Below, in pieces: positions 46,800-56,811 of a stretch of 64,000 nt of DNA. The position numbers and the translations under genes were made by a program. How positions within the stretch are numbered: position 1 is the first letter of the stretch; each line of letters begins with the position of its first letter. Location of the stretch: IMG/VR virus record IMGVR_UViG_3300043446_002688; one strand, given 5' to 3'. Below the pieces are notes generated by a model. It saw only the letters and a list, made by a program, of their open reading frames with translations. It was not told where the DNA came from and ran no database searches. The stretch is from a virus.

Positions 46800-47153
46800 A
46801 TGGCCGCAGGATATCAAAATTTATACTTAGAACAGGGCGCCACATTTGAAATTTCGATTGCACTAGATGATGTATATGGCAACAACTATGATTTGACAGG
46901 CGCAACAGCCAAAAGTCAAATAAGAAAATCATATTATTCTGCAAACACAACTGCGGAATTCACAAGCACGATTGATGTAACTTCAGGTACCATTGCACTA
47001 TCACTTTCTTCAACGACAACCGCAAACATTGCACCAGGTCGTTATCTGTATGATGCGGCCATTTCTATTCCTGGTGTTCCTGGAACCGCAAACACGGTCA
47101 TTCGTGTGTTAGAAGGCACCATGGATGTTTCACCTAGAGTAACAAGGTTCTAA
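46800..47153 (+). CDS. Small virion structural protein
   Basis: NLYLEQGATF, DLTGATAKSQIRKSYYS, GRYLYD, RVLEG...VSPRVT. Confidence 0.75.
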   Translation: MAAGYQNLYLEQGATFEISIALDDVYGNNYDLTGATAKSQIRKSYYSANTTAEFTSTIDVTSGTIALSLSSTTTANIAPGRYLYDAAISIPGVPGTANTVIRVLEGTMDVSPRVTRF

Positions 47154-47154
47154 A

Positions 47155-47376
47155 ATGGCAACAACACCTCCATCCACAGTACGTGTTACCATAGGACAAA
47201 ACAATCCTTCCGTAACATCTTTAAGTTATGGTACCAGAACACTAAAGAGTGCTTCTGATTTAAGTTTGACGAACGCACAAGATGGGTTCCCAATCATTTA
47301 TCGTGCAAACACAAATAGTTTTGTGGTTGGTCCTGCTACTGCCGAAATTCTTACAATTGATAACGGGTTCTTCTAA
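47155..47376 (+). CDS. Small structural protein
   Basis: 73 aa, coupled to neighbours; ends IDNGFF. Confidence 0.65.
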   Translation: MATTPPSTVRVTIGQNNPSVTSLSYGTRTLKSASDLSLTNAQDGFPIIYRANTNSFVVGPATAEILTIDNGFF

Positions 47377-49853
47377 TGGCAAATACCAGTACCATACAGA
47401 TACTAAGGTCTTATGCAAACACCGCACCGACATTCCTGTATGACGGTCAGTTAGCTTACTCTTTTGTAAACGACACATTATACATTGGTAATACTGCACA
47501 GAATGTTCGTGCAATCGGTGGTAATAACTTTGTAGGTCTAACATTAGGTGCATACAATAGAGCCAACTCAGCAGCAAACGTTGCACAACTTGCATTTGAT
47601 ACTGCTAATGCGGCAGGCACAAGTTCAACAGTTAATGCCGCCTTCTTACAAGCCAACTCATCATTCAGACACGCTAACGCTGGTTATACACAAGCTAACA
47701 CAGCAACAACATTAGCACAGGCAGCATTCAACGCAGCAAATACAGGTGCTGTTGCACAATCAGCATTCACACAAGCTAATGCAGCATTTAATACCGCCAA
47801 TAGTGCAGGTGCCGGTATCATAGAATTGTCTAATATTGATGCATACCAAAACGGTGTCATTTCTGCGGTAAATACTTTCGCAGGGGCAGCATTCAATAAG
47901 GCCAACGGTGCAATTGCAAATACTGGTGGTACAATCACTGGTTCTTTGAATGTTACAAGCGACCTTTCTGTAACAGGTTCATTGACAATTTTAGGTAATA
48001 CATTTACTGTTAATGCAACCGATTTATATGTAAATGATTCCTTAATACACCTTGCAAATAATAATGTCACAGATGTTGTTGACATTGGTGTTATTGGTCA
48101 ATATAATAATGGCACAACAAATGCTACAACAGGTATAATCCGTGATGCTACCTTGAAAGAATTTATATTCTTCCAAGGTTATACCGCAAGAATATCATCC
48201 AACAACCTAATTAATATTGCACATCCAACATTTGCATATGCAAACGTATATGCATCTACTTTCAAAGGTAATGTTGTTGCAAATACAGTATTTGTTGGTG
48301 GTATTAATGTACAACCATTCTTAACATCTTCTTTTAATCAGGCAAATACTGCATCCAATAATGCTACAAGTGCGGGTTTGTATGCCAACGGTGCATTTGT
48401 ACAGGCTAATGCTGCGTACACACAGGCAAATACTGCCACAACTAATGCACTGGCAGCCAGTTCCTATGCCAATTCTGCATATGCAGCTGCCAATTCAGCA
48501 TCTTCTGGTGGTACATTGGCTGTGGCCGCATTTATACAGGCCAATGCTGCATTTGCATCAGGCAATACAAATGCCAATAATATAACCGTAGCTGGTTCTT
48601 ATGCTAACTCAGCATTCACTAGAGCAAATAGTGCATTTGCTGCTGCAAACAATGTTGAAGTTTTAACTGGTGTTGCATACGACACCGGTGCAGCAGCACA
48701 AGTTACTGCAAACAAGGCTTACGCTCATGCAAATGCTGCGTTTGATAAGGCAAATACTGGTGCAACACCCGCAACAACAGACCAATATGCCAGAGATACT
48801 GCGAACATTGCTTATATCAAAGCAGATTCTGGTCAATTATATGCTAACGGTGCCTTCATTCAGGCAAATGCTGCGTTCGCAGCGGCCAATGCTGCATCTT
48901 CTGGTGGCACATTAGCTGCATCAGCATTTATACAAGCAAACGCAGCATTCTTACATTCAAATTCAACTGCATCTAATGTTGCAACAGTTGGAATATATGC
49001 CAATGGTGCCTTCATACAGGCCAATGCAGTATACAGTTTCGCAAATACAACCGCAAACAACTCCGTGTCTGCCAGTTTATATGCCAACGGTGCATTTATA
49101 CAAGCCAATGCTGCGTTTGGAAGTCAAAATGTAACCGGCACTTATGCCAATTCAGCATATGCTGCGGCAAACTCAGCTGGTGTATATGCAAACGGTGCGT
49201 TCTTAAAGGCCAATGCAGCACAGACTCATGCTCAAGCAGCATTTAATACTGCAAACACCACTGGTTCAAGTATCATTGAACTAACAAACATTGAAACATA
49301 TCAGAATACTACAATCAGTAATCTGAATACATATGCACAAGCAGGTTATGCAACTGCAAACTCAGGCGCTTTGTATGCAAATGGTGCATTTGTACAGGCT
49401 AATGCTGCCTTCTTTGTTGCCAATAATGCTTTACCATTATCTGGTGGTACAATTACAGGTGCGTTGACAGTACAAGGTCAAACCACATTACAAGCAAACA
49501 CTTATGCAGTACACTTCTTACCTGCAGCAAACGTAACTTATGATTTAGGTTCTCCTACAAGACGATGGAGAAAATTGTGGATTGCTGGTAATACCATTGA
49601 CTTGGGTGGCGCACAAATTTCCGCAGAAGGTGGTGCAATCTCTCTTGCAAGTGATACTGGTGCATCATTCACAGTATCAGGTACAGCAGGTTCAAGTCTA
49701 GGTAACTTTGGTGCAATCGTGGCAAATTCACAGATTGCTTCTACTAACACCACATCAGGTACAATTGTTGTTGATGGTGGTATTGGTGCAACAGGTAATG
49801 TAATTTTAGGTGGTACACTCCGAGCTAATTTGATTTCCGGTGGCATGTTCTAA
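47376..49853 (+). CDS. Fibre with ANxA heptad coiled coil
   Basis: IQILRS...DGQLAYS...LYIG N-terminus; long ANxA(F/Y) repeats. Confidence 0.8.
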   Translation: MANTSTIQILRSYANTAPTFLYDGQLAYSFVNDTLYIGNTAQNVRAIGGNNFVGLTLGAYNRANSAANVAQLAFDTANAAGTSSTVNAAFLQANSSFRHANAGYTQANTATTLAQAAFNAANTGAVAQSAFTQANAAFNTANSAGAGIIELSNIDAYQNGVISAVNTFAGAAFNKANGAIANTGGTITGSLNVTSDLSVTGSLTILGNTFTVNATDLYVNDSLIHLANNNVTDVVDIGVIGQYNNGTTNATTGIIRDATLKEFIFFQGYTARISSNNLINIAHPTFAYANVYASTFKGNVVANTVFVGGINVQPFLTSSFNQANTASNNATSAGLYANGAFVQANAAYTQANTATTNALAASSYANSAYAAANSASSGGTLAVAAFIQANAAFASGNTNANNITVAGSYANSAFTRANSAFAAANNVEVLTGVAYDTGAAAQVTANKAYAHANAAFDKANTGATPATTDQYARDTANIAYIKADSGQLYANGAFIQANAAFAAANAASSGGTLAASAFIQANAAFLHSNSTASNVATVGIYANGAFIQANAVYSFANTTANNSVSASLYANGAFIQANAAFGSQNVTGTYANSAYAAANSAGVYANGAFLKANAAQTHAQAAFNTANTTGSSIIELTNIETYQNTTISNLNTYAQAGYATANSGALYANGAFVQANAAFFVANNALPLSGGTITGALTVQGQTTLQANTYAVHFLPAANVTYDLGSPTRRWRKLWIAGNTIDLGGAQISAEGGAISLASDTGASFTVSGTAGSSLGNFGAIVANSQIASTNTTSGTIVVDGGIGATGNVILGGTLRANLISGGMF

Positions 49854-49886
49854 ATATAAGATAATTATTTTAAGAGTAAGGTAACA

Positions 49887-52800
49887 ATGGCACAAGCCAA
49901 TTCAACCCCGATTCAGTTATACTATTCAAATACCAGTGGTAATCAACCATTGGCAAGTACGCTTATTCCCGGTGAATTAGCAATTAACATAATGGATGGA
50001 AAGTTATTCTTCCTAGATGGAAATAACTCTGTCAATTTAATTGCCACTCGTGCTGCAACATCAGGTGAATTCCCTCAAGTAAGATTTACAGGCGACAGTA
50101 CAATTCAAGTAACTGCTGCTGCGCCTTATGCCTACTCAAACGCATCTTTCTTAAAAGCAAACTCTGCTTACGCCAGTCAAAATACAACTGGTGTATATGC
50201 CAACTCGGCATTTGACCGTGCCAACACAGGAATATCAAATGCAGGTGGTGCATCCTTATATGCCAACGGAGCATTCACACAGTCCAACGCAGCATTCATT
50301 ACTGCAAACAACAATACACAAAGTATCACCGCACTGCAAGGTGTAGACTTAACACAGAATACTAATATCACCAACACTTTGACATTTGCGGGCAAGGCTT
50401 TTGACCAAGCAAATACAAATGCGTTGAACATTATTAATATACAAGGTGTTGATGCAAAACAAAATACAGATATTGCATATGCTAATGCTCATGCTGAAGC
50501 TGCGTATGCATATGCAAATACTTTGGCTGGTGGTACCGCATCTGACGGTGTTGCTAGAACAACTGCAACAGCAGCTTTCATACAAGCAAACTCTGCATAT
50601 GCAAAGGCAAACGCAGCAGTAGCAAACACATCAACAATTACTGTTGCAGGTTCATTAACTGTACCTGGTCAAGCAAACGTATTCCAAAGACTTGCTGTTG
50701 GTACAGGTTCATACCAAATATTACCTAACCTGATTGCACAATTTACTGGTACATCAGATTACTATTCACAAGTTAACCAACAGAACCTATCAGATAAAGG
50801 TACAAGCGACTTTGTTTTGACTGCTGATAATGGTACCGACAATGTTAACTATGCAGACTTTGGTTTTGCTGGTAGCAATTACGATAACACCACACCTAAT
50901 GCATTTAGTTTCGTAAAACCAAACGATGGTTACATGATGGTTGTTGGCAATCCAGGTCAAAACTATGGCGGTAATATATACTTTGGTACAACAGGTTCAT
51001 CAGCTTATGCAGATATTGTTTTTATTCAAGGTTCTGGTTATGATGAGGTTGCAAGATTTAAGAACGGTGATAAATTAGAAGTCTATCGTCCTTTGGTTGC
51101 AAATAGTTTCACCACAAAAGATGGTGTAAACGTTATCACATACACTAATACAGCCAACACATACTTACAAACTCTTATTTCAGGTAAAGTAAGTAAGTCT
51201 GGTGATACAATCAATGGTGTTTTGACCGTAAGTAACACAACAAGTGCAAACGCATTGGTTGTTACTGGTAATGTGGTTATTTCTCAAGACTTACGTGTAT
51301 CCGGTAACTTGTATTTGGGTGGCAATGCAACCACTATCACTTCAAACAATCTGACACTAACCGATTCATTAATTTATCTTGCTGATAATAATCCTTCAGA
51401 CCTTGTTGACATTGGTTTCGTTGGTGCATACAATGATGGCACATACAAACACACAGGTTTGGCTCGTGACCATTCAGATGGCAAATGGAAATTATTTAAT
51501 TCTGTAACAGATGAGCCTACCACGACAATCAATTTTGGCCAAGCAACATATGGTACATTAAAAGTTGGTGGATTAGAATCAAATACCGCAATCATCAAAG
51601 GTGTTAACCTATTTGATTACGCAAATACAATACACACACATGCAAATGCGGCATTCATCAGAGCAAATGCAGTTGTACAATCTGTAACAGTTGTTTCTAC
51701 GAGCAGACTTGCACAAAGCGCAACAACAGGCAATCTAACAATCGACCTTGCAACATCAGGTGTAATTGGTGGTACATATAGTTACCCAGAAATTAGTGTT
51801 GATGCTTATGGTCGTGTTACTTCTATTGGTAACCAAACACCAGTTACAACATTCAACACTAGAAGTGGTGCAGTTACATTATCATCAGCAGATGTTACAA
51901 CTGCATTAACATTTACACCAGAAAATGCAGCATCAGCGGTAGCCAACTTGGCACTGATTGCAGGTATAAATGCATCACAAAATACGGATATATCAGGCGC
52001 ACTTGATGCTGGTTTAACAGGTCAAGTTATTGCCTTGGGTGCATTTGGCCAAGCAAACTCTGCTGCATCTTATGCCAATTCAGGTTTTACTGCTGCAAAC
52101 TCAGCGGGTTCATACGCCAATTCATCATTTACTACTGCAAACGCTGCATATACTTTATCGACAGTTGGTATTGCAGATGCGTTATCTGCAAGCACATACG
52201 CAAATGCATCATTCGTAAAAGCAAACTCATCATATTCTAGCCAGAATGTAACTGGTACATATGCCAACTCGGCATACAACCAAGCAAACTCTGCTGCATC
52301 ATATGCAAATAGTTCTTTTGTTAAGGCCAACTCAGCATACTTTAGTCAGAACACAACAGGAACATATGCCAACTCAGCATATGATAAGGCTAATGCAGCA
52401 TTTATATTGGCACAAGGTGCATATGATACTGCCAATGCAGGTGTAACTGCTGCGTTCGCATTTGAAAAGGCTAATGCTGCTTTCTTAAAGGCAAACTCTG
52501 CATATGAATCTCAGAATGTAACTGGCATATATGCAAACAACTCTTACACTCAGGCAAATACAGCAACGAATAATGCTGCAAGTGCATCTTTATATGCCAA
52601 TGCTGCGTTCTTAAAGGCAAATTCAGCCTATGCATCACAGAATGTAACAGGAACATATGCTAATGCTGCATACTCACAAGCAAACTCTGGTACGATTCTA
52701 GCACAGGCAGCATTTGCTTTCGCCAATAACATTGCCATCGGTTCAAACTTCTTAACAACACTTACATACAAGGTCGATAGTTTTGTTGGTGATGGTACAA

Positions 52801-53936
52801 CTACAAGTTTTGTTTTGGCTGATGCTCCAGTTGGTGCAAATAATATCAGCATCAACTACAACGGTGCAACAGTACTAAAGAGTGACTTCACTCTCGTAAA
52901 CAAGACTGTAACATTCTCTAGCCCACCGGCAAACAATGCTAAGATAGAAATTACCACTGCTGTGCCTTTAGTCAATGAGAGTTACTTCAGCAACTCTACC
53001 ATTTCTATACAGTTTGCAAACGACAATTCAAACTCAGCATACATTCATGCTAATGCGGCGTTTACTCAGGCAAACTCAACAATTAGTGCAGCTGCAGGTC
53101 CATCCTTGTATGCCAACGGTGCCTTCATACAGGCAAATGCGGCATACACAAATTCAAATACTGCCAATAGTAATGCGATAACCGCAGGTTCATATGCTAA
53201 CTCTGCTTTCTCTAGAGCAAACACCGCAGCAAATGATGGTGCAGGTGCATCTTTATATGCCAATGGTGCTTTTGTACAGGCTAATGCCGCATACTCAAGT
53301 CAAAATACAACAGGCACATATGCCAACTCAGCATACACTCAGGCAAATACTGGTGTAACAAATGCTGCGACTGCTGATTCTAAAGCAGTGTCAGCAGGTT
53401 CATATGCCAACTCAGCATTTGCTGTGGCAAACTCAGCATCAACATATGCAAATGGTGCCTTCTTACAGGCCAACTCAGCATATGCAGCAGTTAATGCAAT
53501 ATCAAATTCAATTTCTTCATCAAATGTTATTGCATCTAGTGTCTATGCAGGCAGTCTATTTGTTTCTGGTTGGACAACACTGACAGAAACAACAGAACTG
53601 TTAGCAACAAAAACTGGTGGCACAGGCACAGTTGTTCATAATTTGAATGAAGGTACAATTTTCTATCATAGTTCTATTGCAGCAAATATGACTGCAAACT
53701 TTACAAATGTACCAACAACAAACGAAAGAGTTACATCTGTCGCATTGATTCTGGATCAAGGAACATCACCATTCTATGCAAGTGTTGTACAGATTGATGG
53801 TGCATCTCAAACAATTAAGTGGTTAAATAACCAAACACCAACATTATATCCAAATAAAACACAAATAGAAACACTAACATTGATAAGAGTTGGTAACGCA
53901 TGGGTCGTTACTGGTCAAATGGCTACTTATGGTTAA
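49887..53936 (+). CDS. Long fibre, 1349 aa
   Basis: T4 gp36/37-like N-terminus (PGELAINIMDGKLFF); ANxA repeats; VTTFNTRSGAV; beta-sandwich C-terminus; CTAAATA upstream at about 49850. Confidence 0.8.
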   Translation: MAQANSTPIQLYYSNTSGNQPLASTLIPGELAINIMDGKLFFLDGNNSVNLIATRAATSGEFPQVRFTGDSTIQVTAAAPYAYSNASFLKANSAYASQNTTGVYANSAFDRANTGISNAGGASLYANGAFTQSNAAFITANNNTQSITALQGVDLTQNTNITNTLTFAGKAFDQANTNALNIINIQGVDAKQNTDIAYANAHAEAAYAYANTLAGGTASDGVARTTATAAFIQANSAYAKANAAVANTSTITVAGSLTVPGQANVFQRLAVGTGSYQILPNLIAQFTGTSDYYSQVNQQNLSDKGTSDFVLTADNGTDNVNYADFGFAGSNYDNTTPNAFSFVKPNDGYMMVVGNPGQNYGGNIYFGTTGSSAYADIVFIQGSGYDEVARFKNGDKLEVYRPLVANSFTTKDGVNVITYTNTANTYLQTLISGKVSKSGDTINGVLTVSNTTSANALVVTGNVVISQDLRVSGNLYLGGNATTITSNNLTLTDSLIYLADNNPSDLVDIGFVGAYNDGTYKHTGLARDHSDGKWKLFNSVTDEPTTTINFGQATYGTLKVGGLESNTAIIKGVNLFDYANTIHTHANAAFIRANAVVQSVTVVSTSRLAQSATTGNLTIDLATSGVIGGTYSYPEISVDAYGRVTSIGNQTPVTTFNTRSGAVTLSSADVTTALTFTPENAASAVANLALIAGINASQNTDISGALDAGLTGQVIALGAFGQANSAASYANSGFTAANSAGSYANSSFTTANAAYTLSTVGIADALSASTYANASFVKANSSYSSQNVTGTYANSAYNQANSAASYANSSFVKANSAYFSQNTTGTYANSAYDKANAAFILAQGAYDTANAGVTAAFAFEKANAAFLKANSAYESQNVTGIYANNSYTQANTATNNAASASLYANAAFLKANSAYASQNVTGTYANAAYSQANSGTILAQAAFAFANNIAIGSNFLTTLTYKVDSFVGDGTTTSFVLADAPVGANNISINYNGATVLKSDFTLVNKTVTFSSPPANNAKIEITTAVPLVNESYFSNSTISIQFANDNSNSAYIHANAAFTQANSTISAAAGPSLYANGAFIQANAAYTNSNTANSNAITAGSYANSAFSRANTAANDGAGASLYANGAFVQANAAYSSQNTTGTYANSAYTQANTGVTNAATADSKAVSAGSYANSAFAVANSASTYANGAFLQANSAYAAVNAISNSISSSNVIASSVYAGSLFVSGWTTLTETTELLATKTGGTGTVVHNLNEGTIFYHSSIAANMTANFTNVPTTNERVTSVALILDQGTSPFYASVVQIDGASQTIKWLNNQTPTLYPNKTQIETLTLIRVGNAWVVTGQMATYG

Positions 53937-53938
53937 TT

Positions 53939-56779
53939 ATGGAAAGAATTAGTTCATTATTTTCTCCAACAATTGTTGCAGCTTCTATACAAAAAGCATT
54001 TCAATATCCAGTAGTGGGTGAAGCAATATACACGGGTGTAGGACTAAACACATGGACCTGTCCTGCTGGTGTTTATTCTGTGTCAGTAGTTTGTGTTGCT
54101 GGTGGAGGAGGTGGTTTTTACAATGCCCAAAACTCTGCAACCGGTGGCGGCGGTGGCGCATTAGCTTATAAAAATACTATTTCTGTTGTTCCTGGTGTAA
54201 CTTATAACTTACAAGTTGGTGAAGGCGGATATACTTCCACAACTGGAATACGCATGTTAGCAACCAATAGCTGGTTTGGAAACACATCAACCGTCTTTGC
54301 TGAGAGAGGTCAGTATGGAAGAACCGCAACAGGAGCAACAACTGTTCAAAGCATAACACAAGGTGGTTTTGGTGGACAAATCTATATTGGTGATGGAGGT
54401 GGACCAGGAGGAAACTGCGGATTACCAACAGTAACGGGCGCACTCAATAATGGTTTAGGTGGCGGCGGTGCAGGTGGTTATAGTGGTTCAGGTGGATCAG
54501 GCGGTTCATCAAACAGCACTGTTGCTTTGAATGGAACTAGCGGAAGTGGTGGTGGTGGTGGCGGCGGCGCCGGTGCTCTGTCTATTAGTGGTGGTGCCGG
54601 TGGCGGTGTGGGTTTATATGGTGAGGGAACTTCTGGAGCTGGTGGTCAAGCTGGAGTAGCATCTAACAGTCCTCTAAGAGCTGGTCAACCTGGTTCAAAT
54701 GGTTCACCATTAGTCGCCAACACAGTAGGTACAACAATCTATAACATTGGTGGTGATTATGGTGGTGGCGGTGGTGCTGGTTACATATATGCTAGCAGAG
54801 GTGCAAACGGTGCAATTCGTATCGTATGGCCTGGAGATTTCAGAACTTTTCCATCACAGAATTTAGAAACACATACAGTTACACAAAACTATCAATATGC
54901 AAACTTACAAATGGGTTATGCTGTATCTTTAAAACCAGTATCAATCTCAGGTAATATTGGACCAGTAACATATACAATATCACCATCCATACCAGCAAAT
55001 ACAAACATAACATTTAATGCAAATACAGGTATACTTTCAGGAAATGCTGCACTTGGATATCCAGAAACTTCACACATAATTTCAACAGTAGATTCTGTTG
55101 GACAATCTTCATCCAATACATTAATAATATCCATTGGTGCACCGTCAGACCAAGTTGTTTTTTCTGGTGATCCTGGTGGTATAGCATTCAACACACTACA
55201 AACAACATGGACAGTACCAGCAAATGTTTATTCAATCAGTATGATTGCAGTTGGTTGTGGTGGTAGTACACTAATCGAGGCTAATGGTTATTCTTCACTA
55301 TCAGGTGCAGGCGGCGGCGCAACAGCATTTGTAAACAATTACAAAGTTACACCAGGACAAGTGTTAGATATTTACATTGATAAACCAAAAATTGGTTATA
55401 ATGTTGTATCAAATGGAACAACTGTCAGTTACAATGGTTCAACAATATGTAAAGCGAATTCTGGTGGAAATTCTACCGCATATTATACAGGACGAGGTTT
55501 TGCAGGAACTTTTGTAACAGGCCAATATGGTTATAATGGTGGAAATGGTGGTAATGTTGGCAGTGGTTTCTATAAAGGTGGCGGTGGCGGCGCAGCTGGT
55601 TATTCAGGCGACGGTGGAGCTGGAGCTCAAGCACTACTAAGTGGTTCTGGTGGAGCTACAGGTAGTGGTGCTGCTGGTGGAGGTGCGCCATCAAATGATG
55701 CTACCGCAACTGGTAAAGGTGGTGGCGGCGGCGGTATTGGATTACAAGGCCAAGGCGCAACCGGCGGCGGCACCTCATATGTAGCAGGTACGGCAGTTGG
55801 TGCACACGGTAGAAATGGATCGTATAGAGGTGATATAGTGCAACTGGTCAGCACCAACCTTGGTGGTGATTATGGTGGTGGTGCTGGTGGTGGAAACTAC
55901 AATACATTAAATGCTGGTGGTTATGGTGGTCCAGGTGCAATTCGTATCATGTGGCCTGGAACACTTAGAAGATATGATGCAAACACAAGAACTGAAGATA
56001 CACAACCAGTTGGTCAAGTAGAATTCACCACTTATGGTGCATACACATGGACATGTCCAGAGGGTGTGTATTCTGTTTCTGCTGTTTGTATTGGTGCTGG
56101 TGGCACCGCTGCGGCAAGTCAGTTTGGTATTGTACAGGCATATGCGGGCGGCGGCGGTGGATTAGGTTATAAAAATAATATTCCTGTTGTTCCAGGACAA
56201 ACTTATACAATTCAAGTTGGTCGAAGAGGTGAATGGGTTGCAAATAACTATGCGTTATTAAGTACAGATTCTTATTTTATTGCAAACACAATTGTTGCTG
56301 GTTTGGCACCGAAACCCTCTGCATGGAATGCTGGCGGTTATGTTGGTGATGGCGGCGGCAATGGCGGCACAGGCGGCACAGCTAGCCAAGGAGCAACAGG
56401 TGGCGGCGGTGCAGGTGGTTACTCAGGTAATGGCGGTAATGGTGGATCTCCTAGTTCTAGTGCTGGAGGCAACGGTTCAGGTGGCGGTGGCGGCGGTGGT
56501 GCTAACTATGGTTCATTATCTGGTGTCAATTATGTTGGTGGCAAAGGCGGCGGCACAGGAATTTATGGACAAGGAACAAGTGGTACAGGCGGTTCAGGTT
56601 TTGTAAGATTATCAACCACATATTATGCAAACAATGGTACTGCTGGTTCAGGTGGTTCTAATCAATTATATGGCGGCGGTGGCGGTGTATATGCTAGTTA
56701 TGGTGGCGATGGAGCAGTAAGATTAATATGGCCCGGCGACCAAAGACAGTTCCCTTCAACAAGAACGGCCAACGAGTAA
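53939..56779 (+). CDS. Glycine-rich adhesin with three tandem Gly-rich domains and an Ig-like spacer
   Basis: Three units from WT(C/V)P..VYS to GA(I/V)R(I/L).WPG; start ATG 53939. Confidence 0.8.
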   Translation: MERISSLFSPTIVAASIQKAFQYPVVGEAIYTGVGLNTWTCPAGVYSVSVVCVAGGGGGFYNAQNSATGGGGGALAYKNTISVVPGVTYNLQVGEGGYTSTTGIRMLATNSWFGNTSTVFAERGQYGRTATGATTVQSITQGGFGGQIYIGDGGGPGGNCGLPTVTGALNNGLGGGGAGGYSGSGGSGGSSNSTVALNGTSGSGGGGGGGAGALSISGGAGGGVGLYGEGTSGAGGQAGVASNSPLRAGQPGSNGSPLVANTVGTTIYNIGGDYGGGGGAGYIYASRGANGAIRIVWPGDFRTFPSQNLETHTVTQNYQYANLQMGYAVSLKPVSISGNIGPVTYTISPSIPANTNITFNANTGILSGNAALGYPETSHIISTVDSVGQSSSNTLIISIGAPSDQVVFSGDPGGIAFNTLQTTWTVPANVYSISMIAVGCGGSTLIEANGYSSLSGAGGGATAFVNNYKVTPGQVLDIYIDKPKIGYNVVSNGTTVSYNGSTICKANSGGNSTAYYTGRGFAGTFVTGQYGYNGGNGGNVGSGFYKGGGGGAAGYSGDGGAGAQALLSGSGGATGSGAAGGGAPSNDATATGKGGGGGGIGLQGQGATGGGTSYVAGTAVGAHGRNGSYRGDIVQLVSTNLGGDYGGGAGGGNYNTLNAGGYGGPGAIRIMWPGTLRRYDANTRTEDTQPVGQVEFTTYGAYTWTCPEGVYSVSAVCIGAGGTAAASQFGIVQAYAGGGGGLGYKNNIPVVPGQTYTIQVGRRGEWVANNYALLSTDSYFIANTIVAGLAPKPSAWNAGGYVGDGGGNGGTGGTASQGATGGGGAGGYSGNGGNGGSPSSSAGGNGSGGGGGGGANYGSLSGVNYVGGKGGGTGIYGQGTSGTGGSGFVRLSTTYYANNGTAGSGGSNQLYGGGGGVYASYGGDGAVRLIWPGDQRQFPSTRTANE

Positions 56780-56811
56780 ACTAAATATTAGATAACTATA
56801 AGAACATATAA

